34,512 nt of DNA from Octopus sinensis (lineage: Eukaryota), in NCBI RefSeq assembly GCF_006345805.1, contig NW_021831672.1, positions 1 through 34,512 on the forward strand, given 5' to 3'. The translations under genes and the position numbers were made by a program. This document shows, one piece after another, positions 9,225-20,364 of this stretch. Positions within the stretch are counted from its first letter, which is position 1. Each line of letters begins with the position of its first letter. Below the pieces are notes generated by a model that was given only the letters and a program-made list of their open reading frames with translations, did no database searches and was not told the DNA's origin.

Positions 9225-10560
9225 TGCGTCCCGATGGTCAGGCGATCCATTTGCTGTCAACACCCGTTAAAAGGAGGGCTGGGCATGCCGTGGTTGATGA
9301 TGCGCAGACACGCGCTGAGACTGCGACATCTCTGGCTCTATGTAGACGACGGTGAACAGGTGTGGTCGCCGTTTGTGAGGCACGCTTTCCCGCAGCTCGT
9401 CTCCATGACCGAACTGCAGTCGTGGATCAAAAAGAGGCCGAGGAAGGGCGAATGGCACCGCGAGTGTCGCGTTGCTCTCAAGCAACTCGCCGTCCTGGGT
9501 CGACCTTAAGTGACTTCAACACAACCAAAGCATTCTATAGGGGTTTAGTGGAGGGGAGGTACGACGACGAGCTCGGGGCGAACCTGGACGTCGACGAGGA
9601 GTACCTGACCCGCCTGTTCGGGACGACTTTCGGGCCAGGGCCCATGGACAACTTCCAGAGATCCCTGGCCTGGCAGTGCTACCGAGAAGCGCTACCCGTT
9701 CGGGATAAGCTCTACAGACACGGCTCGAGAAACACGGGGCCGACCTGCCCGAGATGCGGTCAGAGCGACGAACCGTTTCTGCGCACGCACTCGTGCAGTG
9801 TCCAACAATTTCCGACCTGTGGGCTTATGTCGAACAACTGCTGTCACGTGTGGGACGAGTCGGTTTATCAGCTGAGTCTATCGTCAATATTGTCACGCCT
9901 CCTTCCTTCAAACGGGAAGGAAGAGCTATTTTCATCATCCTTGTGGCTATGGCGAAAGAATGTATCTGGTGGACGCGTCTGAAAGGATTGGAGACAACAC
10001 TTTCCTCTCTGGTCAATCTCTCATCAACTTCTCAAGTACCACTTGAAAAGGAAAGTGAGAGTAGAGAGGCAAGTTTTGTCTAGCGAATGTTTTAAAAAAA
10101 GATGGGTGAATGTAGCAAGAATGGCACGTATGAATGACGAAGCCACCTTGAGCATAGTCCTATGAACCCAGAAATCGAAAACAGAGAGTTGCTTATTTGC
10201 AAAAAAAAAAAAAAAAGAAATATAAAATTGTACTTCATTGACCGAGGTTACCGTGGTCTTTCCGCAGGCTTTTCTTTCCACGGGTAAACCTCACCTGTCC
10301 TCCCCTTTACACTTCATATTGACATTTCTGTGATAACGATCCCTATTGATCATTTTTTTTCCTCTCCCCCCCCCTTTTTTTTTTTTTTTTTTTTTTAACC
10401 CCCTTATTTTTGTCCTCTTTCTCTCCTTTTACGATCCCCCTTTTGATCGAACCTCCACCTTCCTTTTTTTTTTTTTTTTTTTTTTAATACCTTCAAAAGA
10501 AAAGCTCTACCTTGTAATTTGTTCTATCTGTGTGGCAGCCCTGTGTGGCTAATAAAGAAA
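9225..10560 (+). mobile_element. 5'-truncated L1/Tx1-clade LINE (copy 2): frameshifted ORF2 C-terminus with zf-RVT-like CCHC finger and 3' UTR
   Basis: Joining ORFs 9234, 9362 and 9754 across frameshifts gives ...LAWQCYREALPVRDKLYRHG..TCPRCGQSDE/TVSAHALVQC..LWAYVEQLL...KECIWWTRLK..., the L1/Tx1 C-terminal CxxC...HxxxxC region. Stop at 10163-10165; ends GCCCTGTGTGGCTAATAAAGAAA. Confidence 0.85.
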
Positions 10561-10599
10561 CATATCTATATATATTATATATATATAATATATATATAT

Positions 10600-10698
10600 A
10601 TTTATTTTATAGAAGGAGCTTCTACAGGACTAGAACCTGAAGATTTCATCTGAATGAAACAGTTCTAGTCCTGTAGAAGCTCCTTCTATAAAATAAAT
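10600..10698. repeat. Perfect 37-bp inverted repeat with a 25-nt structured loop
   Basis: 10600-10636 is the exact reverse complement of 10662-10698. Confidence 0.97.
10637..10679 (+). ncRNA. Hammerhead core H3; stem I partner replaced by the fold-back arm
   Basis: CTGAAGA-tttcatctgaat-GAA-ACAG-ttctagtc-CTGT-A-gaag. Stem III has a palindromic CTAG in its loop; GUA triplet; stem II is weak. Confidence 0.5.
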
Positions 10699-10763
10699 TA
10701 CTTTACTCTGCTATGTATTGAGTACCTTATTTACTGTGGTTAACCCCGACTCAACCCGGGACC

Positions 10764-10800
<37 letters not shown>

Positions 10801-10924
10801 GTAGAAATATGTTACAAAAAGAAAACATAAAATGGAAATGTATGGGTAAAATATGAGGGTCTCTACTACTACTGCTATTACACCTAACGGTCACTTTCAC
10901 TATTACAGCCAACGATTTTTAATT

Positions 10925-10975
10925 CTTTTGCTTGTTTTAGTCGTTTGACTGCGGCCATGCTGGAGCACCATCTTT
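10925..10975 (-). mobile_element. SINE family A 3'-terminal fragment
   Basis: CTTGTTTTAGTCGTTTGACTGCGGCCATGCTGGAGCACC is the reverse complement of the family A tail. Confidence 0.75.
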
Positions 10976-11209
10976 TGATAACCGTTGTTTCCACACACAA
11001 AACACCACCACCACGTAAACTCTGTTGAGACTCTAGTAAGAAATAACTATGAACTTTCAAAATATATATTTTTGATAAGGTTCGTTTTTCAGGAAGTACC
11101 GAAACATGTAAAATCTCTCAGAAAATTCAAGTTTATCTTATATAGTAGCGTTTTTAAACTTCTTTTTATAAATATATACCCACTCATATGCCACCTACAC
11201 TTTTTATAA

Positions 11210-11246
<37 letters not shown>

Positions 11247-11516
11247 TTCATATATGCATACATTTATACATACATATGTACATGCAGGTATGTATTTGTA
11301 TATATGTATATGTGTGTGTGTGCGTGCGTGCGTGTGTGCATTGGAGAATTTGTTTTGGGGCTTGAAAATGGATCTCAGTCTCAAAATTTGTAGTCGCTTT
11401 TAAATTTTATAATAGATTTAATCGCATGCCAAACCGGGTTCAGGTGCATTTTCAAATTCCCAAAGTAAATCCCCAAAGTAAATTTTTTTCTGCATGAAAA
11501 ATACATTGTTTCTGCC

Positions 11517-11569
<53 letters not shown>

Positions 11570-11593
11570 TATATATATTATATATTATATACT

Positions 11594-11826
11594 CTCTTTT
11601 ACTCATTTACTTGTTTCAGTCATTTCACTGTGGCCATGCTGGAGCAGCGCCTTTAGTCGAGCAAATCGACCCCAGGACTTATTCTTTGTAAGCCTAGTAC
11701 TCATTCTATCGGTCTCTTTTGCTGAACCGCTAAGTTACGGGGACGTAAACACACCAGCATCGGTTGTCAAGTGATGTGGGGAGGACAAACACAAAACACA
11801 TAAATACACACACATACATACATACA

Positions 11827-11903
<77 letters not shown>

Positions 11904-11986
11904 AAAAGGGAAAAAAAAAACAACAACAACAGGACAATTACAGTATTATTATTAAAAGGCGCTCAGGAGATGGAAGAAGACATACC

Positions 11987-12020
<34 letters not shown>

Positions 12021-12322
12021 CTATATATATATTATATATATATATAATATTATATATATTATACAAGATAAGAAAATGGAGAAATACATCCAAATCAAAT
12101 ATCAATTACCAGATAATACTCAATCACATACTTTATTAAACCACCACATATATATATATACACACACACACGGACTCCTTTCCGTTTCCGTCTACCAAAT
12201 CCACTCACTACTATAGCCTCGGCCCGAGTAGAAGACACTAGCCCAAGGTGCCACGCAGTGGGAATGAACCCGGAACCATGTGATTGGTAAGCAAGCTACT
12301 CACCACACAGCCACTCCTGCGC
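11594..12322 (-). mobile_element. SINE family A, both halves, with an AT-rich insert (~11900-12150) in the linker
   Basis: 3' half at 11594-11800 closely matches 31840-32030; 5' half at 12170-12322. Confidence 0.85.
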
Positions 12323-12783
12323 TTACAGCCATGTTTCACTATAACTCCTGTCTGCAGTACAACAAGAATTCGATCTCTAAATCCCGGTACCAATGTCATT
12401 AATCTGGCTGTACTGTTCATGAAACCTTCCAGTTATTGTTTGTCCTTCAGTGTTCATACATTGCGCGTTTAGTGGTCACCCTTACGTCTTTATCAAACCG
12501 GAAACCCGATAGATAACCAATTAAATTATCATACTATTTTTCACGTACATATCTCTCTTCTTTATCAGTTATATGTCTCTAAATATCGCTTCTATCACAT
12601 CTGAGAAGCACCTTATAATCTCTTCATCTTTGATAACGTATCAGAGGCGTAGGTGATTTCTACAAGCAAACGTACACACACGCTCTTATATATGCATACA
12701 TAGATACGTAAGGTATATGCATACACACACAGACATACACCTACTAATATAAGTACGAGCCAGTACACTGCTTCTTATACTTG

Positions 12784-12872
<89 letters not shown>

Positions 12873-13108
12873 TATATATATGTGTGTGTATATATATAAT
12901 CTGGTTAATAACCTCTTAACGTGCATTTCAAAGCACCTGTACGGTTATTGGCAACCATATGCCATCACGCAGCAGGGTTATTCTTTATACTGGATATATA
13001 TGTAAAACTCCGTTAGTATAGAATTTATATAATAATTTATACAACTGTTGTATTTTGTAATTAAATTCTGTTTATTCCGTTTTCTTTTGTATAAACTGTG
13101 TGTGTGTT

Positions 13109-13156
<48 letters not shown>

Positions 13157-13304
13157 GTGTGTGTGTGTGTGTGTGTAAATATAAATTATATTATATCATA
13201 TTATATTCATACACTCATAGACGAAAATAAACACGTCTCGCTACTGCACCATTATGACAGATTATTTAACATTGCAGTGTTTAATACGTTGCTGCTACTA
13301 CTGC

Positions 13305-13709
13305 TTTGTTTGTTTGTTTGTTTGTTTGTTGAGCGAAGCGGTCTTCGTCCCAGAGCTCGCAAGATCGCGCCTCTGTACTGGGAGAAGTCCGAAACGTTGG
13401 TCTTTTGCTATTCGTAAGACCCGCAGAAGAGAAAGCAGGTCAACCCCCGACACCGAGAGCATCGACGGATGGATGAATGTGCATCCAGGCTCAGCGGTTG
13501 CGTAGGAAGTCGGGGACAGGAAACAGGAAGAAAGAGTGAGAGAAAGTTGGAACGAAAGAGTACAACAGGGGTCGCCACTACCCCCTGCTGGAGCCTCGTG
13601 GAGCTTTAGGTGTTTTCGCTCAATAAACACACACAACGGTCTGGGAATCGAAACCGCGATCCTCCGACCGCGAGTCCGCTGCCCTAACCACTGGGCCATC
13701 GCGCCTCCA
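13305..13709 (-). mobile_element. tRNA-derived SINE (third family), full length with (CAAA)n tail
   Basis: Reverse strand head TGGAGGCGCGATGGCCCAGTGGTTAGGGCAGCGGACTCGCGGTCGGAGGATCGCGGTTTCGATTCCC has A and B boxes, followed by a ~330-nt non-tRNA body and a CAAA tail. CpG-rich. May be one of the octopus OR/OK SINEs (not verified). Confidence 0.85.
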
Positions 13710-14384
13710 CTGCTGCTGCTGCTGCTGATGATGATGATGGTGATGGTGATGGTGGTGGTGCGGATGGTTGTGGTTGTGGTGCTGGTAATGTTCCTATAGA
13801 GAAGGTCCACAAAGGTCTCTGGTCCCACGATCTCGCCGGAAATAACTGGCGAAGATAGCTAAATAAAGTCTAGAAGAAGCGGGAAAGGCCACTGAGCCTT
13901 GATGCCCTCCGAAACTGGCGAAAAGTGATGCTGTTAATGCTCCGTTTAAACTGTTTCGCATGATAACACTTTCAAGAAAGACAAGAAAGAAGAGGGGCTT
14001 CCAAGGTGATTGTGTTTAGGAGAAGAAATATTAGATATTGTTGTGAGTATGAAACCCAGGAGAGAGTTGTAAGCACCAATGGTGACGACATATGGGAGAC
14101 AAGTTGTTGGGAGCATATGAATGATAGAAATACACGACCAGCCAGCTCTGAGGAGCAGGTGTGCCAGGAGCTGGAACCAGTGTCTTTTAGTGAAGGAAAG
14201 AGGCGTAACCAAGTTCTAAAGTTTGGGGGAGCGCTCACATAAAAAAGGCGCCGTGAGACTTACTAAACAATTTGTAAATCATTGATTAAACATTTTAATT
14301 TTGCTTCAAATCGAAACAGGAGGAAAATACAGTCTTAAAGGAAGTACATAATTGCTATTCTGTATTTAAAATTAAGACACAACC

Positions 14385-14675
14385 GTGGCTACGTGGTAAG
14401 ATGTTTACTTCCCAATTTGGTTGGCCGAAGTTGAAAGAAGCTTGTCGTATATATCTATGTGTGTGTCTCTTTGTGTCTCTGTCTCTCACCACTACTTGAC
14501 AACCAGTGTTGGTATGTTTACATCCATGTAACCATGCCATTCGGCAAAAAGAAACCGATTGAATAAGTATGAGGCTTTAAAATATAAAAGTACTAAGGTC
14601 GATTCATTCGACTAAAAATTCTTCAAGTCTGTGCCACAGCATAGCTGCTATCTAATGACTGACACAATTAAAAGA
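14385..14675 (+). mobile_element. SINE family A, internally deleted and degenerate
   Basis: GTGGCTACGTGGTAAG head, GAAAGAAGCTTGTCGTATAT, CTTGACAACC..., GGTCGATTCATTCGACTAAA tail. Confidence 0.75.
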
Positions 14676-15169
14676 TGAATTATAAAAAATGAAAGAATTA
14701 CTTTATTACAATCCACAATGCTTGCTAGGCAGAAACTGTGTGGAAGTCTATCCTTCACATATATATCTACATATATCCAGTGGAAATTAGGATAAACATC
14801 AGAATGAATATTTAGTTCCTACGTACATTTCACTTTTGCAGTTATTTAGAACTTAGCATTGGATATTCCAAGTGCATATGGATGCTTAACTGCAATGGGT
14901 CATCATGGGATCGCTTTATTGCATTTTGTTACAGAGATAGAATATTTGTCTGTCTATAGTAGCCCGCCTTTAAATCCTGTGTACATTAAATGAAATCTAT
15001 CTCTCGCTGGTTGGAGTACCTTTTTGTTAATCCCACTAATAATAGAACAGTATATTAAGTATATAGTTTATATAAGTTTATAGCCATTATCCCAACTTGC
15101 ATTTCTAATCGGTATGTCTTTGCTACCTTTGAAGCGATTCATCTTATAATGATTTTAATTTTAGAAATT

Positions 15170-15211
15170 CATCAGCTAAAGATTTCTGAATCGAAACAGC
15201 TGTCAGAGATG
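15170..15211 (+). ncRNA. Degenerate hammerhead motif H4
   Basis: CATCag-CTAAAGA (core G5 to A)-tttctgaatc-GAA-ACAGCTGT-C-agaGATG. Palindromic stem III and GUC triplet; loop between the core halves resembles H3. Confidence 0.4.
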
Positions 15212-15444
15212 TTGTCATATTTTATAATTAATAAATAATTTTATTAATTACCTCTCCATTTTCTACTTATTCTTTAGATATATAGATATATAAACCACGG
15301 TTTATATGGTTACCTCATAGTTGAACTTTCTATAGATTGGTAACTAACCAGTATTTTCATTGGATTTATGATCCCTTAATGAGGTTTATTACATTTACTT
15401 GATTATATATACATATAAATATATATACACGCATACATACTTAC

Positions 15445-15532
<88 letters not shown>

Positions 15533-15559
15533 TATGCATGTATGTATATATATATGTGA

Positions 15560-15745
15560 GCGTATGCATATATTGTGTTTGTTCTCTCTACCGCTTGACG
15601 ACAGGTGGTGGTTTGTTTACGTCCCTCATAATTCAGCAAAAGAAACCAATGGAATAAGTACCAGACTTGTAAATTAAACGCTTGGGTCGATTTGTTCGGC
15701 TAAACCCTTCAAGGCGGTACCCCAGCATGGTAACAGTACAGTGTC
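15560..15745 (+). mobile_element. SINE family A, degenerate 3' half
   Basis: GCTTGACGAC...TTTACGTCCC...GGGTCGATTTGTTCGGCTAAA...CCCAGCATGG. Confidence 0.75.
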
Positions 15746-16584
15746 TTCCAGCATAAAAGCCAAATTTTTCAGACCCCAAATTTACAGCCATAACAGGGTA
15801 AGCCGACTCATATACCAAGACGACTTTGGGAGAACAAAAATTTCACTGGAGATGCAACAGGATTTAGAAAGGTAGTGACGATGTTTGAATGTTTACGCTA
15901 CATATTTACACTAAACATTACTTATATGTCGACTTGTATGCCGGGAAAATGGTAAAAGAAAGTAAAAGAATGTAACAGAATTAGCAATAACTTCTGCAAG
16001 TTTTATCTGATGGGGAAATGGGAATTCGAATTGTTTAAGAAAATTACGTAACATTCAGCGTTTCTTAATGCTAACGTTGGTGGAAAGTTCAACATATTTC
16101 GTTTTAAAAGCAAAATACTAGCATTTGAACTAGACAAGTGTACACAAGCGGGTCAATAGGAGCAAAGATCATGATAGTATCGAGAAAATGATCTTTGGAA
16201 AATCTACCACTCAGAATCTAATGTCTTTTCAATTAACTGTTAAGTCTATATTGCAAGCGAATGGATAAAGGAACCATTTTGGAGTCTATAGAATATATCC
16301 TTCAATAGAAAATATTAAAATCTATTTTTAATCACAGAAATACAAGCCTTAGTGTACAACTACTCCAGCGTGTATTTGATAACTTAATTGATAACTTAAT
16401 AAAGCCACCGCACAAACGAGTGAATTTTAAAATTACATTCGTAACTCTTTGCCCCACTGTTAAAGGTTTCTGGATATTATAACACTATTCTTCAACGCAA
16501 CATCAACTTCCTTTGAGCCTTCCATTAAGTACACCAACGATTCTAATGAATTTTCTAACAAATTTTTAACAATAGTTAGATAAA

Positions 16585-16994
16585 GCTGTGTGTTTAGAAA
16601 ACTCGTTTTGCAACCACGTGATTTCAGGTTCAATTCCATTGCGTACACTGCGCATTACTTTGGAAAACTGTCTAAGTGTCTTCTACTACATCCCCAGGCC
16701 AACCAATGTCTTGTGGATGAATTTGGTAGACGGAAACCGTGTGGAAGCTCTTTGTGTATATAGATATATATGTATATGTGTGTGCATGCATCTATGCATG
16801 CATGTATGTATGTATGTATGTATGTATGTATGTGTGTATGTATGTATGTATGTATGTATGTATGTGTATGTGTGTACAACTTTATGTCTGTATTTGTCCT
16901 TACACGGCTCGACAGCCGGTGTCGGTCTCTTTACGTCTCCATAACATAGCGATTCGGCAAAAGAGACCAATAGTAAGTAACCAGACCTTAAACA
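16585..16994 (+). mobile_element. SINE family A, degenerate, ending at the mariner insertion
   Basis: Head, AAGTGTCTTCTACTAC, GAATTTGGTAGACGGAAAC, (TATG)n linker and CGGCAAAAGAGACC are in the expected order. Confidence 0.75.
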
Positions 16995-17048
16995 TGAGGG
17001 GGTGCTGAAAAATTCTTGGCTTGAAGGGTGTCGCAAAAGGCCTAGTGC

Positions 17049-17090
<42 letters not shown>

Positions 17091-17710
17091 TGATATACAT
17101 ACATACATACATACACACATACATACATACATATATGAGTAACAAAGAGACAATCCAAGCAGAAGAATCATCCCTCTTCACCTGCTCCAAAGAAGGTGAC
17201 GGCCACGGTTTCTTGAGATGCAAAAGGAATTGTGTTTATTGACCATCTTCAAAAGAGCCACACTGTCAATGGAGAGAACTATGCCAACATGCTGAGGCAG
17301 TTACGTAAGGCTGTCTAAACCAAACGTCCAGGAAAACTGATAAAAAATAGCTTGTTTCATCGGAGCAATGTTCCAGCTCATAAGTCCTTGGTTTCAGTGG
17401 CTGCTGTGCATGGTTGTGGCTTTGAACTGGTTGATCCTATCCTCCTTATTTGGCCCCATCTGACTATAATCTGTTGCCTAACATGAAACATATTTGGCTG
17501 TGATGATGACGTCATAGCTGCTATTGGTGTTTTGCTTTTCTTTTTACCAGCAAGATGAAAGCTTCTTCGCCAATGGCATCCCAAGCACTGCAAAACTGAT
17601 GGAAGAAGTGTGTGAACCGCAAGAAGGCTATGTTGAAAAATAAACCTTATTTAGTCACATTCTGTGAGGGTATATCTTGGTCAGCTTATGAACTTTTCAG
17701 CCCACCCTCG
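16995..17710 (+). mobile_element. Internally deleted mariner (Tc1/mariner) with transposase pseudogene
   Basis: TIRs match at 18 of 23 positions, right end followed by TA. ~17176-17643 translates with stops and frameshifts to PAPKK..VTATVS*DAKGIVFIDHLQK...KRPGKL...FHRSNVPAHKS...GFELVD/HPPY..LAPSDYNL...WKKCV....YVEK*. Confidence 0.92.
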
Positions 17711-17725
17711 TATATGTATGTATAT

Positions 17726-17922
17726 CAGTGCTTTTCAAACGTTTTGCTGGAGCGGAACCCCAAGGAAACATTCCACTGGCTCGAGGAATCCCTGTGCAAT
17801 AATTTAATAGTCTTATGCACACATATCTGCACAGGAGAATTAAAAATTACCGCCGATTTTAGCAGTTTTGTAACTTCTTGCGGAACCCTAAGGTTCCGCG
17901 GAACCCTGGTTGAAAACCACTG
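17726..17922 (+). mobile_element. hAT (Charlie-type) MITE with 8-bp TSD ATGTATAT
   Basis: Ends CAGTGCTTTTCAAAC and GGTTGAAAACCACTG; identical TSD at 17718-17725 and 17923-17930; second copy at 23594-23780. Confidence 0.92.
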
Positions 17923-18097
17923 ATGTATATATTCACGACGCACTCTGCAAAGTTTCCGTTAACCGAATAATTAACCTCACAAGGAATTGATGAAACTGAA
18001 GCTACAATGGTACCACGCAGTAAGATCGAACCTGTGAGCACGTGTTTCCGAAAAGAACGTTAACAATATGTTTATGCCTTTGCCTTTATTTATCTAT

Positions 18098-18132
<35 letters not shown>

Positions 18133-18808
18133 CTTACGCTGTATGACATTGCATATATTTAGTGTTGGAATGTGCGTCTCTTTTCATTGGAAAATAATGG
18201 CGTTTCTTCCGTTTCTCAAATGTTTTGCTTTGTTAAGATTCAAAGCTTGTGCTTCTGCAAGTTGGTAATGCTTTGTGCAAGGTGTAAATCTGGACTCTTT
18301 TCAGGAGTGTGCGTGAGTTTTATGTAAGGTTCATTCCATTTATTTCTTTACAAAATTATCGTCTCCAAACATTTCTCACGCTTAATAACGTTAGTTTTTC
18401 TTTTTATACGTCGACATTGTTATCGTTCCGTCGGTGTTCCACTCGAGGCAATCCCCCTTTTTAAGTTTTTTTTTTTTGTACGCTCTGACACAATATAATA
18501 CCAAGTGTGACCGATTTATATATATATAGATATATATTTAGAAGTAGGTTATGTTTTGACTGAGATTTGTCTGTTTCTCATAGGTCAACTGAGTGCATCA
18601 AGATACCCTCTTTGACACGTTGGTATTACTACAGTTATTTGTTGTCGCTTAACTCGGTTAAATTTTGATTAAGATCTATGAGCAATAAGGCGAGCAAGCC
18701 GAAACTTCAAAGTCACTGTTAACTTCAACCTTGTGAAAATTAAATAATTTGTGGTATGTCAAAAAATACGAATAATTCTTCAGTTTAATGTTAAATTGTT
18801 TCTATATA

Positions 18809-19209
18809 GGCGCAGGAGTGGCTGTGTGGTAAGTAGCTTGTTTACCAACCACATGGTTCCGGGTTCAGTCCCACAGCGTGGCACCTTGGGCAAGTGTCTT
18901 CTGCTACAGCCTCGGGCAGACCAAAGCCTTGTGAGTGGATTTGGTAGACGGAAACTGAAAGAAGCCCGTCGTATATATGTATATATATGTATGTGCGTGT
19001 ATGTTTGTGTGTCTGTGTTTGTCCCCCTAGCATTGCTTGACAACCGATGCTGGTGTGTTTATGTCCCCGTCACTTAGCGGTTCGGCAAAAGAGACCGATA
19101 GTATAAGTACTGGGCTTACAAAGAATAAGTCCCGGGATCGAGTTGCTCGATTAAAGGTGGTGCTCCAACATGGCCGCAGTCAAAATGACTGAAACAAGTA
19201 AAAAAAAAA
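18809..19209 (+). mobile_element. SINE family A, full-length reference copy
   Basis: tRNA-like head (TGGCTGTGTGG A-box-like; GGTTCAGTCCC B-box-like), body, short TA/TG linker, 3' half, A-rich end. Confidence 0.93.
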
Positions 19210-19239
19210 TGTATATATATAAATTGACATAAAAACTAA

Positions 19240-19411
19240 GATTAATACGCACGCCCGCGTACACACACACACACACACACACAAACGTCTATAAATATGT
19301 ATGTATGTAATGTATGTATGTAATGTATGTATGTGTTTGTGTGTATATATGTATGCACATATGCGTGTATGTATGTATGTATGTGTGTATGTATGTATGT
19401 ATGTATGTATG

Positions 19412-19470
<59 letters not shown>
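19240..19470. repeat. (CA)/(TATG)/(TATC) compound microsatellite
   Basis: Directly visible. Confidence 0.95.
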
Positions 19471-19471
<1 letters not shown>

Positions 19472-19592
19472 AAAGACTACTCGATGCCATTAATAGCTAC
19501 TCGGGAAAGAAGAATACTCAATACCATTAGAAATTGAAAATGGTTTCAAATTTTGGCAAATTTTGTGTGTGCCCGCGTGCGCATGTTTGAGG

Positions 19593-19771
19593 CTTTTAGT
19601 CGAGCAAATCGATCCCAGGACTTATTCTTTATAAGCCTAGTACTTATTCTATCGGCCCCTTTTGCCGAACCGCTAAGTTACGAGGACGTAAACACACCAG
19701 CATCGGTTGTCAAGCGATGTTGGGTGGAGAAACACAGACACACAAACACAGACACACAAACAGACAGACAG

Positions 19772-19808
<37 letters not shown>

Positions 19809-20021
19809 ATAATAAAAGGAATTCCAACCTTGTCTGATTTTCACGTTTTATTTACAATCTTATAATGATATATTATAAGATAATATATTATAATTGAATA
19901 AAATAAAATGAAATAGTAGAATGTTAAATGTTCATTCTGATTGAACTAGTACTTTCATGCATTGAATTATGCAATCTTCGGGTTCATGTAGTAGTGTTGA
20001 CAGTCATGCTTCACAATTTTT

Positions 20022-20062
<41 letters not shown>

Positions 20063-20202
20063 TACGACGGGCTTCTTTCAGTTTCCGTCTACCAAATCCA
20101 CTCGCAAGGCTTTGGTCAGCCCGAGGCTATAGTAGAAGACACTTGCCCAAGGTGCCACGCATGTGGTTCGTAAGCAAGCTACTTATCACACAGCTACTCC
20201 TA
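19593..20202 (-). mobile_element. SINE family A split by an AT-rich hammerhead-bearing insert (~19810-20025)
   Basis: 3' half at 19593-19790, 5' half at 20062-20202, insert between (TA)n runs. Confidence 0.85.
19942..19986 (-). ncRNA. Minimal hammerhead motif H5 (U4 to C variant)
   Basis: Reverse strand: TGAAC-CCGAAGA-T-TGCAT-aattca-ATGCA-T-GAA-AGTACT-A-GTTCA. 5-bp stem I, 5-bp stem II, palindromic stem III. Confidence 0.65.
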
Positions 20203-20364
20203 CACATAACTATTTATTTATATGCAATACTTTTAAAGTATTTATAATTACTCAAAGAGTATATATATATAAATTATATATAATGATAATATTGTATTAT
20301 ATTAATAAAATGATAAAATATAATAGCATTTCTCATATTTTCAAAGCTACTGATATAAATATTA

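Noticed and set aside
13640-13709. tRNA gene (also the heads at 18809, 27028, 30831 and 32687)
   Set aside because: A and B boxes are present, but I could not fold a complete cloverleaf and each continues into a repeated SINE body.
13950-14240. Purine-rich coding-like stretch, possibly a decayed LINE ORF (similar impression at 21790-22040 minus and 23150-23400)
   Set aside because: Multiple stops and no motif I can name with confidence; needs a translated search against TE proteins.
14843-14959. Possible exon after TTTTGCAG encoding ...WDRFIAFCY..., resembling a GPCR DRY motif
   Set aside because: No hydrophobic helix precedes the motif, the frame ends in a stop, and no partner exons are visible; consistent with chance.
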